DNA from: Deltaproteobacteria bacterium
GTDB lineage: Bacteria; SAR324; NAC60-12
DNA length: 64,000 nucleotides
Reading direction: 5' to 3'
NCBI GenBank assembly: GCA_038150265.1
Contig: JAYOTF010000003.1
Span: 84,546 to 148,545, forward strand
The notes beneath the pieces are model-generated. The model saw only the letters and a list, made by a program, of their open reading frames with translations, was not told the DNA's origin and made no database searches. Positions 41,477 to 51,895 of the stretch are shown here, piece by piece. The position numbers were made by a program, and so were the translations under genes. Each line of letters starts with the position of its first letter. Position 1 is the stretch's first letter.

Positions 41477-43093
41477 TCAGAGCTCTTTGGCCTGAGAGCG
41501 GAGTTCGTTCTTCCGGACCTTGCCGGTGGACGTTTTTGGCAACTCACTGAACACCACCGTCCGAGGCACCTTGTAGCCGGCGAGCTTGGAGCGGCAGAAG
41601 GCGATGACGTCCTCCGTCGTCAGGCTGGCGCCCTCCCGGAGGGTCACAAACGCACAGGGGTGCTCCCCCCACTTCTCGTCCGGACGCGCCACCACCGCGG
41701 CTTCCAGGATGTCCGGGTGCTGGTACAGCGCATTCTCGACCTCCACCGAGCTGATGTTTTCCCCTCCGGAGATGATGATGTCCTTGGAGCGGTCCTTCAG
41801 TTCAATGTAGCCATCGGGGTGCAACACGCCGAGGTCTCCAGAGTGGAACCACCCCCCACGGAAGGCCTCTGCGGTCGCCTCCGGATTCTTCAGGTAGCCC
41901 TTCATGACGACATTCCCCTGAAAGAGCACCTCGCCCATCGTCTCGCCATCAGCCGGAACCGGCTCCAGGCTCTCCGGATCGGCCACCGTCAGCCCCTCCA
42001 GAACGTGGTAGCGCACCCCCTGCCGGCCCTTCTTGAGGGCCTGCTCCTCCGGATTCAACGCATTCCAGGAATCTTGCCAGTCGCACACCACCGACGGGCC
42101 ATAGACCTCAGTCAGGCCATACACGTGGGTCACCTCAAAGCCAATGGACTGCATCCGGGCAATCACGGCAGGCGGTGGTGGCGCAGCGGCCGTCATGATC
42201 TTCACCGGCCCGGGCAGCTCGCGGACGTCTGACTCCGGAGCATTGCCAATCATGCCCATGACGATCGGAGCCCCGCAAAGGTGCGTCACCTGATGGTCGG
42301 CAATGGCGTGGTAAATGTTGGCGGCCGTTACCTTTCGCAGGCACACGTTGGTGCCAGCCAGCGCGGCCATGGTCCAGGGAAAGCACCACCCGTTGCAGTG
42401 AAACATGGGAAGCGTCCAGAGGTACACCGGGTGGTGCGGCAGCTCCCACGAAAGGACGTTGCCCATCGCCAGCAGGTAAGCCCCACGGCCATGATAGACC
42501 ACCCCCTTGGGACGCCCAGTGGTTCCGGAGGTGTAGTTCAGCGATACCGCCTGCCAGTCGTCTTCAGGCCAAATGGGGGCAAACTCGGGGTCGCCCTCGG
42601 CCAGCAGGTCCTCGTAGTTGAGGCTTCCGAGCAGCTCTCCGGATTCAGCCTGCGGGTCATCAATGTCCACCACCAGCAGTTTCTGAGACGTCAGGGCCAG
42701 GGCTTCCTTGATGACCGGGGAAAATTCCTTGTCGGTGATGAGGATCTTCGTCTCGCCGTGCTCAAAGATGTAGGCCAGGGTGTCGGCATCCAGGCGGATG
42801 TTGAGGGCGTTGAGCACCCCGCCCGCCATCTGCACCCCAAAGTGCGCCTCATACAGCTCCGGAATGTTCGGCGCCATCACCGCAACGGTGTCCCCCCGCC
42901 CCACGCCCTGCTTCTGCAGCGCCGATGCTAACCGGCGGCACCGGGTGTAGGTCTCGGCCCAGGTGCGCTGCACCGGTCCATGAATGACCGCCAGCCGGTC
43001 CGGATGCACGGCAGCCGCACGCTGGATGAAGCTGATGGGGGAAAGCGGGGCGTAGTTCGCCGAGGTTTGAGGCAGTTGTTCGTAGGCATTCAT
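41477..43093 (-). CDS. Acyl-CoA synthetase (medium-chain, DmdB/AAE7-like)
   Basis: ANYAPLSPISF, YTSGTTGRPKG, LPMFHCNGW, YGLTE and PKTSTGK. Confidence 0.9.
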   Translation of the reverse strand: MNAYEQLPQTSANYAPLSPISFIQRAAAVHPDRLAVIHGPVQRTWAETYTRCRRLASALQKQGVGRGDTVAVMAPNIPELYEAHFGVQMAGGVLNALNIRLDADTLAYIFEHGETKILITDKEFSPVIKEALALTSQKLLVVDIDDPQAESGELLGSLNYEDLLAEGDPEFAPIWPEDDWQAVSLNYTSGTTGRPKGVVYHGRGAYLLAMGNVLSWELPHHPVYLWTLPMFHCNGWCFPWTMAALAGTNVCLRKVTAANIYHAIADHQVTHLCGAPIVMGMIGNAPESDVRELPGPVKIMTAAAPPPPAVIARMQSIGFEVTHVYGLTEVYGPSVVCDWQDSWNALNPEEQALKKGRQGVRYHVLEGLTVADPESLEPVPADGETMGEVLFQGNVVMKGYLKNPEATAEAFRGGWFHSGDLGVLHPDGYIELKDRSKDIIISGGENISSVEVENALYQHPDILEAAVVARPDEKWGEHPCAFVTLREGASLTTEDVIAFCRSKLAGYKVPRTVVFSELPKTSTGKVRKNELRSQAKEL

Positions 43094-43239
43094 GGGCGAC
43101 TCTTGGCAAACAGGCAGAGCAGGAAGCAACCTGAAGTGGCTGGTTCAGGAGAAAACCGGACCTCATCATAACCGCACCGTCGGTTTGGAGCAATGCGGAA
43201 ACCCCACTCTTCCGAGCGCGTTTTTTCGGGAAAAGCGGC

Positions 43240-43253
43240 TTGACTTCAGTCAA
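43240..43253. promoter_or_regulatory. FNR/CRP-like palindromic operator
   Basis: TTGAC-TTCA-GTCAA in the divergent intergenic region. Confidence 0.45.
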
Positions 43254-43382
43254 CGACCTGCCAAGTTACAGTGTTATTCAAAATGGTCCCGGTTTCCTCC
43301 TTCTTCCTCCCGCCAGCCTGGAGGGCCCGGAGACTCCTCTCCTGCAGTGCAACACCACCTTTTATCCGTCGGAGGCCCCTGG

Positions 43383-43541
43383 ATGCAAATACGTTGGAGC
43401 ATGGTTTTGGTTGGACTGTTCCTGGGGCTGTCTTCCTGTGCCTCAGGGTGGAATGTGGAGTGTGTGCACTGGGTGGATTCGCTCACCGGGAAAGCCCACA
43501 AGCACCCTCAGTGCGAATCTGCCACGCCTTCCCGTAACTGA
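43383..43541 (+). CDS. Small lipoprotein (52 aa)
   Basis: GGAGG RBS, hydrophobic signal, lipobox LSSC and two further Cys. Confidence 0.65.
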   Translation: MQIRWSMVLVGLFLGLSSCASGWNVECVHWVDSLTGKAHKHPQCESATPSRN

Positions 43542-43556
43542 CCAATAAGGACGTGA

Positions 43557-45506
43557 ATGAAGCGTTTTCTGGGTGGGGCCTTTGCCCTCATCGTGTTGCT
43601 GGCCACCGTGGGGGTGGCTCAGGCTCAGTTTGAGGATCCGGACATTCCGGATCAGGTGGTGGAACTTTCCGTCACGCTGAACCCGCCAGACCCGCGCCCG
43701 GGGGAGCACGTGCGCCTGGTGGCCAACCTGAAGATCCACCCCGGCTGGCACGTCTATTCCGTGATCCCGGCCGAGGGAGACTTTGCGCCCATTGCCACCA
43801 GCCTTCAGCTGGACGCCAACCCCTTGCAGGCAGAGGGCCCGCTTTACGAATCGAACCCGGAGGTGGGAGAAGACCCCATTCTGGAGATGCTGCTGGCGTA
43901 TCACAAGGACGAGGCCCGCATCTTCCAGAACCTGCAGGCGCCGGAAGCCGCCACCGCGCAGGCCCTCGCCGTTGCAGGTGCGCTGCGGTTTCAGGCCTGC
44001 AGCGACCGGGTCTGCTTGCCACCGGAGGTCCTGAAGTTCACCGCCACCGGTCAGCTCACCTCCGGACCCGTCCGGCCCGACTACTCGGTGGCCCAGTACG
44101 CCATTGACGAGGTCCCGGTCTCGGCCGCTGCGTCTGGCGCTTCCGGAAGCGAGCTTGAGGAGGCCCTCTCAGGTGGCTTGATGGGCTTTCTGGGGCTCGC
44201 AGCAGTCGCCGGGCTGCTGGCGCTGCTGACGCCCTGCGTGTTTCCGATGATTCCCATCACCGTGGCCTTCTTCACCAAACAGGGAGAAAAGGAGGGCTCC
44301 AGCACGTTCCGGCTCGCGTTCATCTTTGGAGCCGGCATCGTTGGCACCTACACGGTCACAGGCATGGGACTCTCGGCGCTGCTCGGCGCTTCCGGAGCGG
44401 TGCAGATTGCCACCAACGGCTGGGTGAACCTGGCCATCGGCGCCATGTTCACCGTCTTTGCGCTCAGCCTGATGGGCTTCCTGAACCTTGCGCTTCCGGT
44501 CGGACTGAGCGGGCGCGCCGATCAGTGGTCCCGCAGCTACGGAGGTGTGGTGGGCGTGCTGCTGATGGGCTTCGTCTTCACCCTGACGTCCTTCACCTGC
44601 ACCGTCCAGTTTGTTGGCACACTGCTGATTGCAGCGTCTCAGGGGCACTGGCTCTGGCCGCTCGTGGGCATGATCGTCTTTGCCACCGTGTTTGCCTTTC
44701 CCTTCTTTTTGCTCGGCCTCTTCCCCCGTCTGATTCAGACGATGCGGGGACGATCCGGAGACTGGATGGAGCACCTGAAGGTGGTGCTGGGCTTTCTCGA
44801 GTTGGCTGCCGCGTTCAAGTTCTTCAGCAACACCGACCTCGTCTGGCAGTGGGGAGTGGTGGACCGGGACTTCGTCATCACCGCCTGGGTGGTGCTGGCG
44901 GTGCTGGCCGCGTTGTTCCTGCTTGGGGCGGTTGCGGTGCATCACGTCCGGGTGCAGCAGAGCAGCCTGGCTGGATTTGTCGGCGCCCTCATCTTTCTCA
45001 TGATGGGGGTCTACCTCACCCGAGGCCTCGGCGGCGCTCCGCTGAACCCCTGGGTGGACACCTACCTGCCTCCGGAGCTGACCACCAACGCCGGGCTTCC
45101 CAACGCTGTCAGTTCGGCTCAGGCGTCCGGTGGACTGGATCACCAGTCCGTGGAGGCGCTGCCGTGGCTCACCAACCTGGATGCCGCCCTGGCTCAGGCG
45201 CAGGCGCAGGGAAAGCGCGTGTTTGTCGACTTCACGGGGTACACGTGCGTGAACTGCCGCTGGATGGAAAAGAACGTCTTTGCGCACCCGGACGTGCTGG
45301 CACGGTTTCAGGAAGATTTTGTGCTGGTGCAGCTGTACACCGATGGCGGAGCCGATGCCGAAGCCAACCAGCAGATGCAGATTGAGCGCTTCAACACCGT
45401 TGCCCTGCCGCTGTACGTGGTACTCGACGCCAACGATCAGGTCCAGGCCCGCCACGCCGGAATCCTCAAGCCGGTGGAAGCCTTCCTCAAGTTCCTCGGA
45501 GGCTGA
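43557..45506 (+). CDS. dsbD: Protein-disulfide reductase, DsbD family
   Basis: N-domain QACSDRVC; TM domain LTPCVFPMIP and FTCT; thioredoxin domain DFTGYTCVNC. Confidence 0.9.
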   Translation: MKRFLGGAFALIVLLATVGVAQAQFEDPDIPDQVVELSVTLNPPDPRPGEHVRLVANLKIHPGWHVYSVIPAEGDFAPIATSLQLDANPLQAEGPLYESNPEVGEDPILEMLLAYHKDEARIFQNLQAPEAATAQALAVAGALRFQACSDRVCLPPEVLKFTATGQLTSGPVRPDYSVAQYAIDEVPVSAAASGASGSELEEALSGGLMGFLGLAAVAGLLALLTPCVFPMIPITVAFFTKQGEKEGSSTFRLAFIFGAGIVGTYTVTGMGLSALLGASGAVQIATNGWVNLAIGAMFTVFALSLMGFLNLALPVGLSGRADQWSRSYGGVVGVLLMGFVFTLTSFTCTVQFVGTLLIAASQGHWLWPLVGMIVFATVFAFPFFLLGLFPRLIQTMRGRSGDWMEHLKVVLGFLELAAAFKFFSNTDLVWQWGVVDRDFVITAWVVLAVLAALFLLGAVAVHHVRVQQSSLAGFVGALIFLMMGVYLTRGLGGAPLNPWVDTYLPPELTTNAGLPNAVSSAQASGGLDHQSVEALPWLTNLDAALAQAQAQGKRVFVDFTGYTCVNCRWMEKNVFAHPDVLARFQEDFVLVQLYTDGGADAEANQQMQIERFNTVALPLYVVLDANDQVQARHAGILKPVEAFLKFLGG

Positions 45507-45554
45507 GGCCACGCCTCATTCAGTTGTTTCAGAAGAGAGTCGAATCGGAAGGGG

Positions 45555-45577
45555 AGGCCCGGAAGCACTCCGGGCCT
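45555..45577. repeat. Hairpin between convergent dsbD and glnA (REP-like or terminator)
   Basis: AGGCCCGGA-AGCAC-TCCGGGCCT. Confidence 0.55.
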
Positions 45578-45630
45578 GACAGGACACGGGTCAGAAGGAG
45601 CCCCAGAAGGGGGCCTTCCACCCAGCCGGC

Positions 45631-47037
45631 TCAGTAGCCGTAGTAGAGGGTAAACTCGTGCGGATGCGGGCGGGAATCCACCTGCTTGATCTCCTCGTTG
45701 AGCTTGTAGTCCGTCCAGTACTCAATGACGTCCTTGGTGAACACATCGCCCTTGAGCAGGAAGTCGTGGTCTTCCTGGAGCGAGTCCAGTGCCTCACGCA
45801 GGTTCCGGGGCATGCGTCCGATCTTGTCCAGCTCTTCCGGCGGCAGGTCGTAGATGTTGACGTCCATCGGGTCGCCGGGGTGGATCTTGTTCTGGATGCC
45901 GTCCAGTCCGGCCATCATCATCGCCGAGAAGGCGATGTAGGCGTTGGCCATCGCGTCGGGGCAGCGGAACTCAATGCGGCGCGCCTTCGGGGAATCGGCC
46001 ACTGGAATCCGGATCGTTGCTGAACGGTTCCGTGCGGAGTAGGCCAGGTTGATCGGAGCCTCAAAGCCCGGGACCAGCCGCTTGTAGGAGTTGGTGGTGG
46101 GGTTGATGAAGGCTCCCAGCGCCGGGGCGTGCTTGAGGATGCCGCCAATGTAGTACAGGGCGGTCTCGCTCAGACCCGCATAGGCGTCTCCCGCAAACAG
46201 CGGCTTGCCATCTTTCCAGAGGGACTGGTGGGTGTGCATGCCCGAGCCGTTGTCGTTGTACATCGGCTTCGGCATGAAGGTCGCGCTCTTGCCATGCTGG
46301 CGTGCCACGTTCCGGACAATGTACTTGAACCACTGCAGGTCGTCCGCCGACTGCACCAGCGTGTTGAACTGATAGTTGATCTCATGCTGCGCCGGCGCCA
46401 CCTCGTGGTGATGTCGCTCCACCTGCATGCCCATCTGCTCAAGGTACTGAACCATCTCCACCCGCAGGTCCTGCAGGGTGTCAAACGGTGCCGATGGGAA
46501 GTAGCCCATCTTGTGTCCGGTCTTGTAACCCAGGTTCGGGTGCTCGTCGGCATCGGTGTTCCAGGGCGCTTCCGAGGAGTCGATGGAGTAGAAGCCTCCC
46601 GCCGAGCCATGCGCGTACTGGATGTTGTCGAAGATGAAGAACTCGGCTTCCGGACCAAAGTAGGCGGTGTCGGCAATGCCAGTGGACGACAGGTACGCCT
46701 GGGCCTTGCGAGCAATGCTGCGCGGGTCACGGCTGTAACCTTCTCCGGTCACCGGATCCTGGATATCACAAATCAAAGAGAGGGTCGGCTGCGCAAAAAA
46801 CGGGTCAATCTTGGCGGTACTCAGGTCCGGAACAACCTTCATGTCGCTGGCGTTGATGGTCTGCCAGCAGCGGATGCTTGAGCCGTCAAACATGCGGCCA
46901 TTCTCCAACATATCGTCTCCCAGCTCCGAGACCGGGAACATGATGTGCTGCCACGTCCCCAGGAAGTCGATGAACTTCAGATCGACGGTGACCACATTGT
47001 GCTCTTTGGCGAGCGCCAGTACTTCTTGACTGTTCAT
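45631..47037 (-). CDS. glnA: Glutamine synthetase type I (GSI-beta)
   Basis: [33 protein letters not shown] and the adenylylation-site Tyr in NIYDLPPEE. Confidence 0.98.
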   Translation of the reverse strand: MNSQEVLALAKEHNVVTVDLKFIDFLGTWQHIMFPVSELGDDMLENGRMFDGSSIRCWQTINASDMKVVPDLSTAKIDPFFAQPTLSLICDIQDPVTGEGYSRDPRSIARKAQAYLSSTGIADTAYFGPEAEFFIFDNIQYAHGSAGGFYSIDSSEAPWNTDADEHPNLGYKTGHKMGYFPSAPFDTLQDLRVEMVQYLEQMGMQVERHHHEVAPAQHEINYQFNTLVQSADDLQWFKYIVRNVARQHGKSATFMPKPMYNDNGSGMHTHQSLWKDGKPLFAGDAYAGLSETALYYIGGILKHAPALGAFINPTTNSYKRLVPGFEAPINLAYSARNRSATIRIPVADSPKARRIEFRCPDAMANAYIAFSAMMMAGLDGIQNKIHPGDPMDVNIYDLPPEELDKIGRMPRNLREALDSLQEDHDFLLKGDVFTKDVIEYWTDYKLNEEIKQVDSRPHPHEFTLYYGY

Positions 47038-47153
47038 AAAACTCTGTTTCGTTCAGATTGAGCAAAAATTGGGAGGAAAGCCCGTACGCTTCCCGGTGCC
47101 GTGCCGCAAACGCAGGCTGAAGCGACTGCGGATGATGCATTCCCCCTCCTTGC

Positions 47154-47169
47154 AGCAAGAAGCGATCCA
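47154..47169 (-). promoter_or_regulatory. Sigma54 (-24/-12) promoter of glnA
   Basis: TGGATCGCTTCTTGCT, i.e. GG-N10-GC, about 115 bp upstream of the start. Confidence 0.65.
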
Positions 47170-47222
47170 CACCCGCCAGCCCCCAGAATCAGCGGGTTGG
47201 CGGCAAAATAAATGACAAAATG

Positions 47223-47258
47223 CGCACAAAAAATAGGCGTTTGCTCATTTTGTAAGCA
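47223..47258. promoter_or_regulatory. Tandem NtrC-like enhancer sites
   Basis: CGCACAAAAAATAGGCG and TGCTCATTTTGTAAGCA, both 17-bp matches to the TGCAC-N7-GTGCA type. Confidence 0.55.
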
Positions 47259-47363
47259 CCACGACTTCCTCTGCTTTCAACTGGCCCCTTGCGTTCGTTG
47301 TGCTACGCTTGGAGGCCTGTTCTTGAAACGGCCTCATTCCGAACCCTTCACCCGGACTTTCGC

Positions 47364-48278
47364 ATGGAACCGACACCGTCTGCGGCCCCTGATTCCCCAC
47401 CTCGTACCCGAAAACCGGCCTGGCTCAAGGTCCCCTTCCCCGGAGGAGAACGCTTCAACTGGATCAAGGAAAAGTCCAAGACGCTCAAGCTGGCAACCGT
47501 CTGTGAAGAAGCCCGCTGCCCCAACATCGGGGAGTGCTGGAACAGCGGCACGGCGACCTTCATGCTGATGGGCGAAACCTGCACCCGCGGCTGCCGCTTC
47601 TGCTCCGTCAACACCGCCAAGCGTCCGGGCGCGCTCGACATGGAAGAGCCCCGGAACCTTGCGGAGACGATCACCGGCATGGAACTGACCTACGTCGTCC
47701 TCACCACCGTTGACCGCGACGACCTCGAAGATCAGGGCGCCGGACACATCGCTCGCTGCATCCGGGCCACCCGACGCGCCAACCCGAACCTGCTGGTTGA
47801 GATCCTCATGCCCGACTTCCGAGGAGACCTGACCTGTGTCCAGCAGGTCATTGACACGGGCGCTGAGGTGCTGGCCCACAACGTGGAAACCGTGGAGCGC
47901 CTCACCCCTCGCGTCCGGGACCCCCGTGCCGGCTACCAGCAGTCCCTCGATGTCCTCAAGTACCTCAAGGACAACGCTCCGGAGCGCTACACCAAGTCGT
48001 CCCTCATGCTCGGACTCGGCGAAACCCGAGACGAGGTTGTGGAAGCGATGGAAGCCATGCGAGCCGTGGACGTGGACTTCCTGACGCTGGGGCAGTACCT
48101 CCAGCCCACCCACAAGCACCTCAAGGTGGACCGCTTCCTTCCTCCAGAAGAGTTTGAGGAGCTGAAGGAAATCGGCGAATCCCTGGGCTTTCACTATGTC
48201 GCTGCAGGCCCCCTCGTCCGCAGTTCGTACAAGGCGGCGGAATTTTACATTGAACGCACCATCCGGGCTCGCGCATGA
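47364..48278 (+). CDS. lipA: Lipoyl synthase
   Basis: [12 protein letters not shown], radical [11 protein letters not shown] and RSSY. Confidence 0.96.
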   Translation: MEPTPSAAPDSPPRTRKPAWLKVPFPGGERFNWIKEKSKTLKLATVCEEARCPNIGECWNSGTATFMLMGETCTRGCRFCSVNTAKRPGALDMEEPRNLAETITGMELTYVVLTTVDRDDLEDQGAGHIARCIRATRRANPNLLVEILMPDFRGDLTCVQQVIDTGAEVLAHNVETVERLTPRVRDPRAGYQQSLDVLKYLKDNAPERYTKSSLMLGLGETRDEVVEAMEAMRAVDVDFLTLGQYLQPTHKHLKVDRFLPPEEFEELKEIGESLGFHYVAAGPLVRSSYKAAEFYIERTIRARA

Positions 48279-49561
48279 CCGACTCCTTGATTCTGGAGCC
48301 TATTCAACAGATCTCCGGAACCGTCTCGTTGCCCGGTTCCAAAAGCCTCTCCAACCGCATCCTCCTCCTCGCCTGCCTCGCTCAGGGGCAGACGGAGGTC
48401 CGGAACCTTCTCGACAGCGAAGACATCCGGGTCATGGTGGCCGCAATGGAAACCCTGGGCGTTCCGTTTACGGAAGACCGAGACGCCCACACCCTCACCG
48501 TTGAGGGGCAGGGGGGGCCCTTTGCGGCTCAGGGCGCCGAACTGATGCTCGGCAACGCCGGAACCGCCATGCGCCCGCTGACGGCGGCCCTCACGCTGGG
48601 CACCGGAACCTTTGTCCTCGATGGCATTCCCCGGATGCGCGAGCGTCCCATTCAGGACCTCGTGGAAGCCCTGGCGCAGCTGGGTGCCACCATTCAGTGC
48701 CCACTTGGAAACGGCTGCCCCCCAGTGGAAATCCAGGCGTCCGGACTTCCGGGCGGCAAGGCGTTGGTGAAGGGCTCCATCAGCAGCCAGTACCTCACAG
48801 CGCTGCTGATGGCTGCCCCGTATGCTCAGGGGAACGTGGAGCTTGAAATCACGGACACCCTGGTCTCACAGCCGTACGTGGACATGACCCTGCGGCTGAT
48901 GGAGCGCTTTGGCGTCCAGGTGGAGAACGACCAGTTCCGGTACTTTCGCATCCGGAGCGGCCAAACGTACCAGAGCCCAGGCGTGGCCTTTGTGGAAGGA
49001 GATGCCTCGTCTGCCTCCTACTTCCTGGCAGGAGCGGCCATCACCGGGGGAACGGTCACGGTGGAAGGATGTGGCACCGACAGCCTGCAAGGCGATGCCC
49101 GCTTTGCCGAGGTTCTGGAGCTCATGGGCGCCTCCGTTCAGTGGCAGCCCAACGCCGTCACGGTGTCTGGAACGGGCTCGCTCAAGGGCGTGGACGTGGA
49201 CATGAACCGGATGCCGGATGCCGCCATGACCCTGGCCGTCGCCGCCCTGTTTGCCTCAGGCGAAACGACCATCCGCAACATCTACAACTGGCGTGTCAAG
49301 GAAACCGAGCGCGTCCAGGCCGTCTCCACTGAGCTGCGCAAGCTCGGAGCCACGGTTGAAGAGGGGTACGACTTCATCGTCATCAACCCGCCTCCCCGGG
49401 TGCTGCATGCGTCCATCGACACCTACGACGACCACCGCATGGCCATGGCCTTTTCGCTCGCCGCTTGTGGCCCTGCTCCCATCGAAATCCGGGACCCCGG
49501 ATGTACCCGCAAAACGTTCCCGGACTACTTCGACGTCCTTGGACGCCTGATCCAGAGGTAA
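48275..49561 (+). CDS. aroA: EPSP synthase (class I)
   Basis: [31 protein letters not shown] and DDHRMAM. Confidence 0.97.
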   Translation: MTDSLILEPIQQISGTVSLPGSKSLSNRILLLACLAQGQTEVRNLLDSEDIRVMVAAMETLGVPFTEDRDAHTLTVEGQGGPFAAQGAELMLGNAGTAMRPLTAALTLGTGTFVLDGIPRMRERPIQDLVEALAQLGATIQCPLGNGCPPVEIQASGLPGGKALVKGSISSQYLTALLMAAPYAQGNVELEITDTLVSQPYVDMTLRLMERFGVQVENDQFRYFRIRSGQTYQSPGVAFVEGDASSASYFLAGAAITGGTVTVEGCGTDSLQGDARFAEVLELMGASVQWQPNAVTVSGTGSLKGVDVDMNRMPDAAMTLAVAALFASGETTIRNIYNWRVKETERVQAVSTELRKLGATVEEGYDFIVINPPPRVLHASIDTYDDHRMAMAFSLAACGPAPIEIRDPGCTRKTFPDYFDVLGRLIQR

Positions 49562-49630
49562 CGACGGCCGGCGCTTCCTCGGGAGCGCCTCCGGAAGCAG
49601 CCCCCCTTCACTCCAACCGCATCACTCCGC

Positions 49631-50440
49631 ATGCCCACGCCCCTTCTTCAGTCCATCCACCTCTACCCCATCAAGTCCTGCGCCGGGGTCTCCGTCTCCG
49701 AAGCAGAACTCACTCCCCGGGGCCTCCGGCACGACCGACGCTGGATGATTGTGGATGGCCAGGGCCACTTCCTCACCCAACGCAGCCTCGCCCAGCTCGC
49801 CCTCATTGACGTCCAGTGGGAGGGAAATCAGCTGCTCCTGCAGGTTCCGGAGCAGCCGCACCTCCGGTTGCCGCTGGAGCCTGCAGACGGCGAGTGGCGC
49901 ACCGTCACCGTCTGGGAAGATCAGGTGCCGGCGCTGGAGCCCAGCCCTGAAGCAAACCAGGCCCTGCAGGCGTTTCTGGGCCGACCCTGCGCCCTGGTCT
50001 TTCAGCCAGAAAGCACCCACCGTCCAGTGGATCCGGACTATGGGCAGCCCGAGGACCTTGTCTCGTTTGCCGATGGATTCCCCCTCTTGCTGGCCTCCGA
50101 AGCCTCTCTGGAAGAGCTGAACCGACGGCTGGAAACTCCGGTCACCATGAAGCGCTTCCGTCCCAACCTCGTGGTCTCCGGAACCCTGCCTCATGCAGAA
50201 GACCATTGGGCTCGGCTGCGGCTGGGCACCGCCACCTTCCGGAGCGTCAAGCCCTGCGCGCGCTGTGTGATGACAACAGTCGACCCGGAAGCAGGGGCGC
50301 GGAGCGGAAACGAGCCGCTCACCACACTGGCGACCTACCGCAAGTTTGGAGGCAAGGTCCTGTTTGGCCAGAACCTCATTCCGGATGTTTCGGCAAACGG
50401 AGCTCGCCTGCGGGTGGGAGATGCGGTGGAGGTGCTGTAA
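49631..50440 (+). CDS. MOSC domain protein (YcbX/mARC-like)
   Basis: YPIKSC, DRRWM, FADGFP, RFRPN and catalytic C(A)RC. Confidence 0.9.
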   Translation: MPTPLLQSIHLYPIKSCAGVSVSEAELTPRGLRHDRRWMIVDGQGHFLTQRSLAQLALIDVQWEGNQLLLQVPEQPHLRLPLEPADGEWRTVTVWEDQVPALEPSPEANQALQAFLGRPCALVFQPESTHRPVDPDYGQPEDLVSFADGFPLLLASEASLEELNRRLETPVTMKRFRPNLVVSGTLPHAEDHWARLRLGTATFRSVKPCARCVMTTVDPEAGARSGNEPLTTLATYRKFGGKVLFGQNLIPDVSANGARLRVGDAVEVL

Positions 50441-51895
50441 ATGACCCGAGTGGTCATGTTTCAGGGCACCGGGTCTGGAGTCGGCAAGAGCCTGCTTGCA
50501 GCAGGTTTCTGCCGCTGGCTCCGGAACCAGGGCTTTCGGGTCCGGCCCTTCAAGGCACAGAACATGGCGCTCAACTCTGGTGTCACTCCAGACGGCAAGG
50601 AGATCGGACGCGCCCAGATTCTTCAGGCAGAGGCGTGCGGGGTTGATCCGGATGTCCGCATGAACCCGATCCTGCTCAAGCCTCAGGGTCCGGGGGTTTC
50701 GCAGCTCATCCGCCTTGGGGAAGTGGCCGGGGTCTGCTCTGCTCGGGACTACTACACGCTGTTTCCAGAAAACTTTGCCACCGTCCAGGCCGCCTTCGCC
50801 TCCCTGTGCGAGGAAGCCGACTGGGTGGTCATTGAAGGAGCAGGGAGCCCGGCCGAGATCAACCTGCAGGCCACCGACATCGTCAACATGCGCATGGCCG
50901 AGCATGCTCAGGCCCGGGTCCTTGTGGTGGGAGACATCGACCGTGGTGGCGTGTTTGCCTGGATGAAGGGCACCTACGACCTGGTTCAGGATCACCACCG
51001 GCCCCTCATTGCCGGGTTCCTGATCAACAAGTTCCGGGGCGATGTCACGCTGCTGCAGCCGGGCATTGAGCAGTTTGCCCAGTGGGTGCCGGCTCCGGTG
51101 CTGGGCGTCATCCCGTGGCGCGAATTTGCGTTGGAAGACGAGGACTCCCAGAACGTGCGCTCTCGCCTCGTTGCTGAGGCACGCCTCGAGGTCGCTGTCA
51201 TCCGGACCCCGTACCTTTCCAACTTCTCTGACTTCGACCCCCTCAAGCAGGTTCCGGGACTTTCCCTGCGCTTCACCAAGCACGTGGACGACCTGGCTCA
51301 GGCGCAGCTCATCATTCTCCCTGGCAGCAAGAACACGGCACACGACCTGCGCTTTCTGCAGGAATCCGGACTTGCGGCCGAGCTGCAGCGGCTGCAGGGA
51401 AAGACGTGGATTCTGGGAATTTGCGGAGGGTACCAGATGCTGGGAGCCGCCGTGACCGACCCCAGCGGCGTGGAGTCCGGAGGCGCGCTGACCGGTCTGG
51501 GGCTCCTTCCGGTTCAGACAGAGATGGGGCTGCAGAAGACGTTAACCCGCCGGCACTACTCTGGCACCGGCTGGCTCAGTGGGCTCCGTTGGCCAGCCTA
51601 TGAAATCCACCACGGACGGACCACCCTCACGGCAGAGGCGCCCGACCTCGACTTCTTTGTTGCGGAAGCTCCGGACCTGGGGATGCGAGATGCAACCCGG
51701 AAGGTCATGGGCACGTACCTGCACGGCTTTTTGGACACGCCAGAGGTGCTGGAGCGCCTTCTTGCCTGCCTCGATCCGGAACCCTTTGAGCTGCCTCCCG
51801 CCTTTGCCGACCTGAAGCAGCAGGAGCTGGATGCGCTGGCGACCTTCCTTGAGGAACACTGCGACGTCCCTCAGGTGCTGGGGCTGTCGCCTTAG
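50441..51895 (+). CDS. cobQ: Cobyric acid synthase
   Basis: GTGSGVGKS, PFKAQNM, EGAGSPAEINL, DIDRGG, GICGGYQMLG and GTYLHG. Confidence 0.93.
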   Translation: MTRVVMFQGTGSGVGKSLLAAGFCRWLRNQGFRVRPFKAQNMALNSGVTPDGKEIGRAQILQAEACGVDPDVRMNPILLKPQGPGVSQLIRLGEVAGVCSARDYYTLFPENFATVQAAFASLCEEADWVVIEGAGSPAEINLQATDIVNMRMAEHAQARVLVVGDIDRGGVFAWMKGTYDLVQDHHRPLIAGFLINKFRGDVTLLQPGIEQFAQWVPAPVLGVIPWREFALEDEDSQNVRSRLVAEARLEVAVIRTPYLSNFSDFDPLKQVPGLSLRFTKHVDDLAQAQLIILPGSKNTAHDLRFLQESGLAAELQRLQGKTWILGICGGYQMLGAAVTDPSGVESGGALTGLGLLPVQTEMGLQKTLTRRHYSGTGWLSGLRWPAYEIHHGRTTLTAEAPDLDFFVAEAPDLGMRDATRKVMGTYLHGFLDTPEVLERLLACLDPEPFELPPAFADLKQQELDALATFLEEHCDVPQVLGLSP

